A program made the position numbers and the translations under genes. A DNA stretch of 64,000 nucleotides from the human T2T-CHM13v2.0 reference genome, Homo sapiens. Below, one piece after another: positions 15,930-27,989 of the stretch. Position 1 is the first letter of the stretch. Each line of letters starts with the position of its first letter. The stretch is taken from NCBI RefSeq assembly GCF_009914755.1, contig NC_060931.1; one strand, written 5' to 3'. The notes beneath the pieces are model-generated. The model saw only the letters and a list, made by a program, of their open reading frames with translations. It had not been told where the DNA came from and searched no databases.

Positions 15930-16011
15930 GGGGGCCAGGCTTCTTACTGCCTCTGTCACTTCTTAGATCCCGAAGTGAACTCAGCAAATTCTCCGAGCCT
16001 TGGTTTCCTCA
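15930..16011 (+). mobile_element. MIR fragment, broken at its right end
   Basis: ctctgtcacttcttag...ctccgagccttggtttcctca| stops before the expected tctgtaaaatg. Confidence 0.5.
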
Positions 16012-16012
16012 G

Positions 16013-16125
16013 GCCATGCTCCTGCCTCAGCCTCCCGAGTAGCTGGGACTACAGGCACCTGCCACCACGACCAGCTAATTTTTTGTATTTTTAGTAGAGA
16101 CTGGGTTTCACTGTTTTAGCCAGGA
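16013..16125 (-). mobile_element. Internal AluY-like fragment (no head, tail or TSD)
   Basis: gccatgctcctgcctcagcctcccgagtagctgggactacaggc...aattttttgtattttt...cactgttttagccagga, with Y diagnostics. Confidence 0.9.
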
Positions 16126-16127
16126 GC

Positions 16128-16325
16128 AATTTATTTTCTAGAACTGTGTCACATGGACACCTTGAGCTGCAAGAGAGGCTGAGGAAGTGAGCACCTGGTC
16201 AGAGGATGGGATTACCTTGATAGATTTCTACCAATCAAAATTCAGGGCATAGAGCTGGGCATGATGCCACCTGAAAGACACTTGGTGTTCTTTGAGCAAG
16301 GCAGGTGACCAACTGAGTCGCTCTA
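16128..16325 (-). mobile_element. MLT1 (K-like) MaLR LTR fragment
   Basis: gtcacatggacaccttgagctgcaagagaggctg...atgggattaccttgat...ccaatca. Confidence 0.6.
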
Positions 16326-16939
16326 CATAAGCAGCTGAGACTAACACAGTTGGAATGCAAAACAGACATCATTTCATAAATGATCAAAAGGAAGTTTGAG
16401 ACTTGCTCAAATTTGTATAGAGAGGTACAAGATGAGACTCCAACCCCAAATCCCTTGGTCTACAACACTGGTGATTTTCCCACTGAGTGCCTCAGAGTTT
16501 CTACAAAATTTGTATCAGAATATTATTTTAAACATGTGTTTAAAAATGTGGTTAAAAATATGGTACTCATGTAATTTTCTCATAAATTGGAATTTGACAA
16601 AATGCAATCCCTAGTATAAAACTGTGTTAGTCTGTGCTGTCAGTTGGCTTAGTTTTTGCTGTTGTTGCTTTTCCAACTTGAAGAAAAGAGTCTCCTGCCA
16701 TCTCTATTGAATCATGAAGTCTCCTGGGATTGCTAGGAAGGATATTAAAAATGATTCATAACCGTTTATCCATATTAATTTGGATTTTCTCAATACCAGA
16801 CAACCACTACAAAATAATCAATTGGGTGTTGACAGTGATATAAGACTGCAGCAGCTCCAAGCAAATTTGAAATAATCTCTAATTTGAAATTGTCATGTGT
16901 ATCTGAACAGCTGCATTATTCTAACTGACTGACTTAATA

Positions 16940-17345
16940 TCTCTGTGGGCCCTGCTACCTCTCCAGCCGCACGCGCTGGCTCTCGCTGCCCCAGAAGCCT
17001 CTGCTGAACGGTGAGAACACCTTTTTTGCCTCAGGAATTTTTGTACATGCTATTCCCTCTAGCAAACATTCCTCCTTTAGATAGATTCAGCTCATTCTTG
17101 ATATCCCAGTTAAAAGGTAATTCCTTCTCTGACCTCTCAGATTAGGCTAGTGCCCTGGGTTTCACACTCCCTTTTGTACACTGGAGATTTTATAATTATT
17201 TCATCCATTGCTGTCATTCCATCTGAGCTAAAGACTGTCTAAGGGCAGCAATCATGGATGCCCCCCTCACTATAGCCCTCAGCTTCTAGTACCATGGAAA
17301 GCCCATGAAAGTAATCAATTATGTTTGAAGAAATAAATGTAACAT
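16940..17345 (+). mobile_element. L2 fragments
   Basis: gcctcaggaatttttgtacatgctattccctct... and a degenerate 3' end. Confidence 0.5.
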
Positions 17346-17424
17346 GAAAAAATAAATTTGGATTTAGATGTAATATTGGCAAAGAGTAGATATGAAGGAT
17401 GTAAAATTTCTGATAGTAAAGAAA

Positions 17425-17915
17425 AACATTTAATTGAAGGATGACATACAGTGAAGTAAACAAGTGCACTAATTTTAAGTGTACAAAATCAATGCACCTT
17501 TCTGTATGCGTACATTTGGTTAAGCACCATCCTGATGAAATATAGAACACTTTTAGTGACTTTCCCCTATGGCATTCCCAGTCATACCCCTTCCCTACTT
17601 TCTCACTACCATAAGTAACCACTATTCCGATTCCATAACCATTGATTAGTTTTTGCCAGTCTTAAATTTCAAAGAAATAGAAATTATTCAGGATGTACTC
17701 TCTCATGTCTGGTTTCTTTCCTTCAACACAATAAGTTTGATCCATATTGTATGTACCAGTAGTTTATTTCTTTTTATTGTTTTACGGCACTCCAGTTATG
17801 AATATATAATAGCATAATGTATTCATTCTCTTATTGATGAATATTTGTTCTCTTCTTCCAGTTTTCAGCTGTAATAAAAAAAATACTACAATGAACACTC
17901 TTGGGCAGGTCTTTT
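17425..17915 (-). mobile_element. L1ME 3' end
   Basis: aagtgcactaattttaagtgtaca...gtaaccactattccgattccataaccattgattagttttt... Confidence 0.8.
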
Positions 17916-20294
17916 CTGTTGGCACATGATTGTAAAAAGAGCTCTCTTTTATCCCAATCATCAAAAGGCAAAAATGAAACAAAATACACACAATCAACAT
18001 ACACTCTTATGATATTTAGGAGTAACCTGTCAATTCTCAACAAACCAAAAAGAAATCAGAATAGCATTAGATGTTTTTGAAGAAATGAAAGAACATCCTA
18101 CGTGATGACTGAACCAGAACATAGATAGCATCCTGTTACAGATGGAAAAACTTGAAAATCTAGTGAAATGGAAAACTCAGTAGATATGGTGGTGTACCTA
18201 ACAAAAACTTGTCCGCAGAAAGATACAAACAGAAGTGTTTACAGCAGTTTATTCAATTTTAGCCCTAATCTGGAAAAAAAAAAGACAAAATAACGCCAGA
18301 AATCCTTAAAATATTCTGAGCATTTCATTTATTTGGGGGAATATAGAAAGATTCAGCTATCTTATGAATGTACCCACAATTCTTAGATTCCAATAATTGT
18401 CTGCATTTATATAGAGCTTTACAATGACAAATTTTCCATACATCACATAGGTAATGAGTGGGAGAACAGGAACTCAAATGGGGGACTTGTGAGGCTAACT
18501 TCTGTGTGTTTCCCTATCACATCCTGATTACACCTCATCAGGAAAAGCTACACTCAACATGATTACTTATAACAACGTGTATTTAATTTTTAATATTTTT
18601 AAAGCTGTGTCTTATACTTTGGAGGATTTTTCTAATTAGAAATAATTAGTTACATATGCATTCTGATCTACCCTTGTCAGTGGGTATCAAACTCTTCTAT
18701 CTCATACCTTGTCAATCACCCTATCAAAGAGCTTGTACCCTATTGTGAGAGACACATTGGAGCTTCATCCTGACTGTCAATACACATTCTGTTATTACAG
18801 TTTTCATTCAGGGTAAATTCCACAAATTAAAAGAAAAAAAGTTTCTTCCTAGAAGACTTCTCAGAGCTTTTAAAATGGCAATGTGTCTGGTAACTGTATG
18901 AAGAGCTAGCTAGACTCTTCTGTACTTCCTAATGGTATCCCATTAAGAGTGCTTAGAAATTTCTCGAAAAAACAAAATTTGGGAAACTCCTTTCTAGACT
19001 TGTGCTTTCTTTGTTACCTTTTGAAAGCTTAACTTTCAACTATTCTCTCAATGCTTTGTTAATGGATGATGGAAATACCAGCAATAAATGATACTAATGG
19101 ATGACAATGGACCCATGTATTGTACCCCTTTCCAGACAGAAGATTTGCCTCTTGACAGGAGTTATCAGGACTAAACTCTGACTAATGTTGTAAGCTTAGG
19201 CACTGTGCTGGTAGAAGAGAAGTATCTGATGTGGTGGGTTGGGGAGTTTAGGTAAGAGCCTGAGCTGCCTAAAAGTAGTCTGGCTTGGGGAGCCTTTCTA
19301 AATCCAAATAAATATGCTCAGTGAGAAAAATGGTGATAAACACTAACTTGACTCACTAAAAATATCAGTTCTGTTATGTCGTCTTGAGAGGCAGCACACA
19401 ACATTTACCTTTTCATCTACCTTCACTATAAAAACCAACATTTTTAAGATCTATATCTTGATGGGCATACTCAGCAGGGAAAATTGCTTTCCACACAGCA
19501 AGTCTGTAAAAATCTTTTTTTTCTTTTCTTTTCTTTTTTTTTTTTTGCTAAGCTTTTAGTCCAGATTGCTTGGCTGACAGAATTCATCTGCAAATAATTT
19601 TGTTTATTTTTACCAGCCATGAAAAATCACACTATAGTCTGCCTATCATTGGACGTTTGGAGTAATATCCATTTTGGTAAAACCTATTACTTTTTTGTTT
19701 TTTACTAACTTCTCCCCTCTACAATGGTGTGCAATGATTTATTCTATTTGTGTCAGCAAGAGCTGAACTGTGTGTTTTTAAAAAATTCCAATTTGGTTTA
19801 ATTACATATGCTAATTCTATATTTGTATATATTTTAAGTGCATTCATTATTCCTTCCTTAATTTATACTAAAAATGATTTGTTATTCCAAATGCTTTTAA
19901 TTCTAGATATAGTGGAAAAGGAAGAAAAATACTCAACCATTAAAAATTAAATAATTATTAATTTATTTTAAAAGATACACTAAAGTTTAACAATCTGGGC
20001 ATTTGGATATAGAGTGATTTTTAAAATACATTTTCAATACACTTGTGTGTATCTTGATTTCTACAAAAAGAAGATATTGGATTGATCAAAAATATCAAAA
20101 ATTGTCTAAAATATTTTATATTTGTAGTTATTTTGACATCTGTTCCACCTGTATAAGTTTTGATTTTGTAAAACGAAATATACTGAGAAAGATGAACCAG
20201 TGTATGTAAATTACATGAGGTTGGGGTTAGTTCTATCCTCCTGTTTTATGAGACTAATTATTTCACCCAGTGTGATTGGCACTATTAACAGCAA

Positions 20295-20510
20295 GTTTAA
20301 CAGTCTGGACACAGACTGTTTAGGATTAAAGTCTGGTTCCTTCATTTATTGGCTCCCTAACTTTGAATCAGTTATTTAGTCTCTTTGGCTTTCAGTTTCC
20401 TCATCTATAAAATTAGGAACTGTCTCATATGGCTGCTCTGAGGATTCATTTAGGTTAATATGTGTGAAGCACTAAGAACACTTGCTCTACATAGTAAAAG
20501 TACATTATCT
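20295..20510 (+). mobile_element. MIR
   Basis: tctggacacagactg...ttcagtttcctcatctataaaatt...tgtgaagcactaagaac. Confidence 0.85.
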
Positions 20511-20512
20511 TG

Positions 20513-20564
20513 CCATCATCAGTTATCATCACTATCACCATCATCATCATCATCATCATCATCA
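20513..20564. repeat. (CAT)n microsatellite
   Basis: Pure CAT run at 20539-20564, at the MIR tail. Confidence 0.9.
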
Positions 20565-20639
20565 CGATGTAAAGAATGTAATAGAAAAACTGATCCAATT
20601 ATGTGACTAGACAATTTACAGACTGGGAAACTTAAGAGG

Positions 20640-21470
20640 AAAAATGTGGAGAGATGTTAGTCTTTATTACTAATACTCAAAGTTATAAATACATAAGCAA
20701 TTGCCATTTCTCGTGCATACAGTTGGTGATAATTTAAAACTCTGAGGTCAGAAAATTCCAGAAAACAGGAATTCTCATATACTATTGATGGGAGAATAAA
20801 CTGGCGCAATCACTTTATGGTGTCCAATGAAACTGAAAATGCTCATAGTTTACAATCCAACAATTCAATTTCAAGGTATATTTCCACTAGAGAAAACTCA
20901 TACATATCCACAAAAAATTATGTATAAGGATATTTATTACAGCCCTTTTTTTGAAGGAAAAAGGAAATAATTTATATGTCCATTAATAGGGACATAGATA
21001 AATAAATATATCTATATCATGGAATATATACAGCAATTAAGAGAAATGAGGTAATTGTTTATATTGCAACAAGGATCTGTCTCAAAATCAATGCTAAGTG
21101 TCAAAGAGAAGTTGCAAAACTATATTTATGTGTTTGTGTGTGTACATATAATAGTATAATATTGTATATGTGAATTAAAATCCTCAGAAAACTTTACTAT
21201 ATATTAATCATAAATCATTTTTAAAATTTAAAGTTTAATTTTACAATTAATTGAAAATATACAAACAAAATTTATGATAGTGGTTGTTTAGGAAAAGGGA
21301 GAATTGGAAACGGGAAGAAAAAAAGGACTCTAAATTTAGTCTCTTTATTGAAATGAAAAGGCTTGATATATCTATACAAGTAAGGTTAATATGTGACCTT
21401 TGGTGGTGAGCATCTCTGCATTCATTGTACTTACATGTGAATGTTTTCGAATTTTAAAAATTTCTCAAAA
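20640..21470 (+). mobile_element. L1ME 3' region
   Basis: aacaggaattctcatatactattgatgggagaataaactggcgcaatcacttt... Confidence 0.75.
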
Positions 21471-21531
21471 CATGTATATGTAAACTAATGTTACTAAAGT
21501 AGGAACTCTACAAATGTCAATTGATTGCTAA

Positions 21532-21923
<392 letters not shown>

Positions 21924-22009
21924 ACTTTATTTATAATTATATCTGTAGTGCTCACCTCAGCACATGGCATATAGTAAGTGCTCCTCCATTAAAATATCCT
22001 GAATAATAA

Positions 22010-22690
22010 TTTATCCAAGACATTAAAAAGTTCACTCTCCTTAGTTATTAAATGAAAAAAATAATATTAAAACATGAAAGAACAATGAGGTATTTTAAAT
22101 ATGTTAGCAAAAATTAAAAATAACAATATTCAACATTAATGGAGTATAGGAAAACAACTAAACTCACAAATTCCTGACAGCAATTTAAAAAGGAAAGCAT
22201 TTTGGCAATAAAATCAGTAATTTCCCATTCTTGGAAATTTATCCTAAAGAAATAATCCGAAGATGATGAGAAGGACTATATACATATATATTTACTGCAG
22301 GGTTATTTATGGTAGAAAATGGAAATCAGTGCAAATGTCCACTAACCACAAATGTCTAATTCAATTGTGGTATATCAATGTGTTAGAATATTATGCAGCT
22401 AATAAGACAATAATGATGAGGGCATGGTGACAATCTGGCTCATACCAATTTTTTGCTAGAATTTATTCATCTGGAAATTATAAATATATGAAGCAAAATT
22501 TATGAACTTATGCTAAGTGAAAAAAGTGGGAAAAAAAAGAATATATGTGGTCCTGATTAAACCTATGTAAAAGTTATGCATGTATATGCCCAAGATGAGA
22601 AGAGAAGGTTTGGAGAAAAGTATTTTTTTCTAATAGTTAAAAATCTATTTTATAGTGTTTTTAAAAAAGAAAAAAAAGAAAAGATATTCT
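22010..22690 (+). mobile_element. L1ME/MC 3' region
   Basis: cagtaatttcccattcttggaaatttatcctaaagaaataatc...aattgtggtatatc. Confidence 0.7.
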
Positions 22691-23166
22691 ATCTGTTGTT
22701 GGGATCAATTTCAAAGCATTTATTACACAATGACTACTGTAAAATCTAGTCATAACAAAATAATGATGCTCTTAGGTGACAACTCAGCATTTAATGTGGA
22801 AGATAAAAATGGGCAGAATAGCTCCTGGTTGTTATATTTATTTCGAAAAAAAATATGCCAACAAATCTTAGAAAGAAAAGTGTAGATAATTCCTCTATAA
22901 TTAGATTAAGGCCTCGATATATCACAGAAATTTTAAATTGGCAATTTTAGCTGTTACCTATGCTTTCAGTGTAAATATTTGGTCGCATTTTTAGAAATGT
23001 GGAATTTAGGAATTTTATGAAAAATTTCCTACGTGGAATACCTCTCTTCATAGTAGTTTAATTTGTTCATTGAATTCTACAGAATAAAAGCATTTCTCAC
23101 AAAGACCTGCTGTAATGAAATACCAAAAGTTTGGGATACATTAGCCAGTAGGACCAGAGAAAGCCA

Positions 23167-23167
23167 T

Positions 23168-23208
<41 letters not shown>

Positions 23209-23232
23209 TGTGTGTATGTGTGTGTGCGTATG
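23167..23232. repeat. (TG)n microsatellite
   Basis: Perfect (TG)17 core at 23173-23206 with interrupted flanks. Confidence 0.97.
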
Positions 23233-23788
23233 AATAAAAATGATTCTTTTGGCATGAATATGACAAATATGAAAATAATATTAAATTACATATGGAAAAT
23301 GTTCTTATTAATGTATTGTTTGAGATTAGTAGAGAATTTTCATCTAGTATTAACCAAAGCAGAGAAATGAGAGAGAAAATGTATACTTTATACTTTAAAT
23401 CTAAGAAATAGAGAGACCAATTGAGATTTTCAGAGGCTGTCATGCCTGGATGCTGTGTGTCATTTATACATTACCTGGGAGAGCACTGTGCGGCTGCATA
23501 TTCTCAGCTGTTGAATGTGTTCTGCTCATTTTCCAGCAGAGAGGATGAGTTTAATGTTTTCTTGGCAATGTGTACTTTTTCACTTTTGCTGTTTCTGTTT
23601 GTCTGTCTACGTGCTTATTTATTGTTTGCATTTAGCTTGCCCTGCAAGTGGTTCTGAGAATTGTAAGGTGAATGGATAATACTTACAGAATAAATCTCTC
23701 TTTCTTCAGTTTTTATTCTGGGGTTTTTGGGGGATTCATTCTTTTCTTGAACTTGAAATTGTCTTTTTAAAAATTTTTTCTTTTTAAA

Positions 23789-23945
23789 TTTTTTTTATTA
23801 TACTTTAAGTTCTGGGGTACATGTGTACAACATGCAGGTTTGTTAGTTACATAGGTATACTTGTGCCATGTTGGTTTGCTGCACCCATCAGCTCGTCATT
23901 TACATTAGGCTTTTCTCCTAATGCTATCCCTCCCCCAACCCCCCA
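23789..23945 (-). mobile_element. L1PA extreme 3' fragment
   Basis: ttattatactttaagttctggggtacatgtg...ctcctaatgctatccctccccc. Confidence 0.92.
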
Positions 23946-25297
23946 TATAGGTTTCTTTTTTAGGTTTATGAACCTACTCTTAGACCCCAAATTTCTTCCC
24001 AAAGAAGTGAAATTCTAATGAATAACTCTGTCCATCACATTAAAAAATAACTCCTTTTCTTTATTTAAAAGATGATGCTAGTTTCAAGGTGTTGGGTAAA
24101 TCGTGAAAGCTCTTTTCAGATGCATTGGTAAAATAAGAGAATTGGTTAACATAAGCCCAGTGGTTCAATCAGAGTTCCATGATTTTCAAAAACCTTTTAC
24201 TTCACTAGCTTTTTAGAGAATAACTGCACAGTTAGATTAAACTCTGGGGGATGATGCTTGGTGAATAAATAGTTAGGAAACAATTGGAAAAGAGACAGGG
24301 GAAACAATCATAGCCCTGGCTACATCAATAGCCACAAACCATGTTAATGATTTTGGAGGGAAGCTCAGCAAAATGCTAATTTATTTAATAAATATTTAAT
24401 AGTGTATGATTTCAATAAATAAATTAGTGTTTACACAGTAAAGAGTACAAATGTTTTGTGCATACATTCTTGACCCACTTCCATAGTTCTTCTTGTATAT
24501 TTCCCAAATAATTATTTTTAAAAATGGACATCACAATATTTCTGCTCATAGCAGCTTATGATTGGTAGTTAAATCTATAAAATAATCCAATCGTTTATCC
24601 CTCTTATCTTGAGAATGTTTAATCAACTTTGATATTTGCTTTAAATTAGCACTGTCAAATGTACATTTGTATAAAATCTCCCAAATCATGAAAGATTTAT
24701 AATTTGAAATGTATTTGGATTTTTCTCCAGTTAATCAGGTGGATAAAAATTAGGAGTACTGTAACTAGAACAATTAATTGAGTTGAGCTGAGTGTTATAA
24801 AAAATGAAAAAAATTTCATGGCGTGTTTTGGTTACATAAATGAAACTAAGCGCCTGTTCACTAACACAGAATTGGCGTGATGAGAGCTGCCTGTGTCCTT
24901 TTCAGGAGCCCAGGTTAATAATTGAAACATAGATCAGAAGAAGAGGGGTCAGGAGGTGCATTCTTGATATTAAGTCTATTGCTGGCCCTTTATGGGCTTG
25001 TGTAGGTTAATTAACTCTGGAAAGACTCAGTTGCCACTCCTGAGAAGTATAATGAAAAACAGTCACTTGCCATTCATTTCAGCAACTAGGTATGAATGCT
25101 GATGACAGTGGTGTGCAGTAGATGTAGCAAAGCCCTAGCTGCTGGGGGATGGAGACAGGCAGGGGAAAGCATGGTGCCAAAGTAGCACAAAGAGAGATGT
25201 GCTCCATAACACTGACATGCCTACCACTTGTTTGGGAAGTACAGGAGACCTAGTTGATTCTGCGCTCATCCCCCTCCTCCTTCCTGAAAGAACTCTC

Positions 25298-25650
25298 ATT
25301 GAGAATAGAAAGATGATTACCAGAGGCTAGGAGGGGTAGTGGGGGTTGGGGAAGGGAGGTGGGGATGGTTAATGGGCACAAAAAATTGAATGAATGAATA
25401 AAGTCTAGTATTCGACAGCACAACAAGGTGACTATAGTCAATAGTAATTTAGTTGTACACTTAAAAGTCCTAAAATAATATAATTGGATTGTTTGTAACA
25501 CAAAGGATAAGTGCTTGAGGGGATGAATATGCCATCTTCCATGATCTGATTATTATGCGTTGCATGCCTATATAAAAGTATCTCTTGTATTCCATAAATA
25601 TATACACCTACTAGGTACCCACTAACATTTAAAAAAATAAAATAAAATAA
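25298..25650 (+). mobile_element. L1MA (MA3-like) 3' end with TSD
   Basis: gattaccagaggctagg...cacaaaggataagtgcttgagggg...A-rich tail. TSD aaagaactctc (25287) / aaagagctctc (25650). Confidence 0.9.
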
Positions 25651-26115
25651 AAGAGCTCTCCTTGGTTCCGGCATCCACGCTCCTCCTTGCAGTCATGCTT
25701 TTCAGGGGAGGCATGAAGGTTGTCTGGTCCCTGGAGCCTTCTCTGTTTCCTTGATTCATTGAGGACTGGGCACACAAAGCAATTGGGATCAAAGAAGCAC
25801 AAGGCCAGGTTGACGTGAAGGTGGTGGGTGGGAGTGAGGGTAGAGCTGGTGTTTCTGGCAGCAGATTTCCTCAATCTTAAAGAAACACTAGAAAGAGAAA
25901 GTCCATTTACTGCCTTTACTGCCCCTGGTCATTGACCTGGAGATATTAATCCCTGCCTTGGGCAGTTTGCATTTTAAGAGGCCAAGAGGCTAAAGATGGT
26001 GAAGCAGAAAGGTAGCTTAAACTGGACCTCAGAGGAAGGATGGATTTGCAAAAACAGTGGAGAGGCAAGAGCATTTCAAGAGATGGTTAAGAGCATAGAT
26101 GGCTGCGCCCCATGC

Positions 26116-26142
26116 AAAAAAAAAAAAAAAAAAAAAAAAAAA
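26116..26142. repeat. A27 homopolymer, not attached to a recognisable element
   Basis: Directly seen. Confidence 0.95.
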
Positions 26143-26904
26143 GGTGGCTGATTTGTTAATTGAGCAATGCTGAGATACTAAGGCTAGAACTTAAAAAAAA
26201 AAGTCATAGAAAAAAAAGCATTTTGATAGATGAGGAAAATTCACTGGTTCCTCACCCAGTCATTTCTCTGCCCAGCAGGGTGGTGCCAGGCAGGATGCTT
26301 GGGCTTCCTACTGGCTTTAAGGCACAGGTGAATATTCTGGCTTCTTACTTCAGATGAAAAATAGTGAAAGCCAGGCTGAAAGGAGTGCTGGCCCCAGGCA
26401 GGCAGCTTAATTGACCTTTTCCTTTCATATTCTGGTCCCCAGAAGTATAGCCCTCTGTCCTGCTGGTAATGATGTAGTAGACGGGCAAAAGGGCTTCTGG
26501 GAATTTTATTCCTGAAAAAAGTGGATCTGATACTGCTTGTGTTTTTCATTAGTGTTCACTTCTAAGTGGGCCTTCTCTCTGCTCTCTTCACTTAGCTGCC
26601 TTAGCTTGCCATTTGAGCAATTGGTGAGGATGTGCCAGGCTTAGGTTAAATTCGAAAACGTGCTTGTATTCCCTGGTTCGTTCCCATTGGTTTTCTTGCA
26701 ATTTTGGCTCAGGGGACTCTCAAACATAGCTGGGAAATTGAGTTAGGAGTATAACCATGCCTTAAAATGCGCCAAGTTATGATGTAATTAATTAGGTTGG
26801 TTGGCTCCAGAGTTAACCTGCCAGGAATAGATGCTATAGATGTTACTCTTACACTATAAAACACTGTGAAATCAGATTACTTTAAAATGACGTAGCACCA
26901 AGTC

Positions 26905-27105
26905 ATGGTAAAAAGCAGTTGCGAGTATGGAGGCCCAGGTCTTCTATCCCAGCTCTGTCTTAAACTAAATGTGGGTATAGTTTTCCAACTCTTTTGTAAA
27001 ATGGAGCTAATATCCTCTAGCCTGTCTGCCTCACACGGTGGTTAAAAGGATTAAGCAAAATAACAGTTTGTAATGTATAATTCTACACAAATAAGAGGTG
27101 TTATT
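26905..27105 (+). mobile_element. MIR
   Basis: tcccagctctgtc...tgtaaaatggagctaata...tgcctcacacggtggtt. Confidence 0.6.
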
Positions 27106-27334
27106 TAAAAAGGAGTCTTAATACCTCTACACATTGTAAACTTAACGGGATTGTGCAAGAGCATCATCCTGATTAATTTCATCTCAACATGGTCTTTTCG
27201 AAAAGATTTTTGTGAAATTATGGATGGATTTTCTCTTCTTTATCTCATGCTGGAGCATGTGTTGATCTGTACACCATGTAAAAGAGAGAAACTAACCCAC
27301 TATATAAGAAACAAAGTATATGAGATTTATTCAT

Positions 27335-27594
<260 letters not shown>

Positions 27595-27989
27595 ATGAAA
27601 TATTTTAAATTATTTCACTTTTTTGAATCTCAAAGTATGAAATATGCTTTGTAAAGCAGCCATACCACATAGAAAAAATATAATTAAAATTAAAATTGAA
27701 ATCAAGTCTCACTAAGAGGAATCAAAGCTAACTATACTTGAAAGTTTTTTGTATGCTCATTCAGTAGCAACTCTGGCTTCAATGATCCAAGTACCTGTAA
27801 GACATGTGCAATCTACAATTCTTTTTGAAAGGGAATAAACTCTTGAATGTATTATATGAAAATATATGAATGCTAAGTGTTATTAAACACACAAGATATT
27901 ACCAAGATTATTTTGTAGCTGACATAAATCATATAGTATTTAATAAAATCTAGAAAGCCATTGACTATTAAAGGCAGAATTTTTATTTT

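Noticed and set aside
25333-25364. G-quadruplex motif
   Set aside because: Ordinary G-rich tract of an L1MA 3'UTR.
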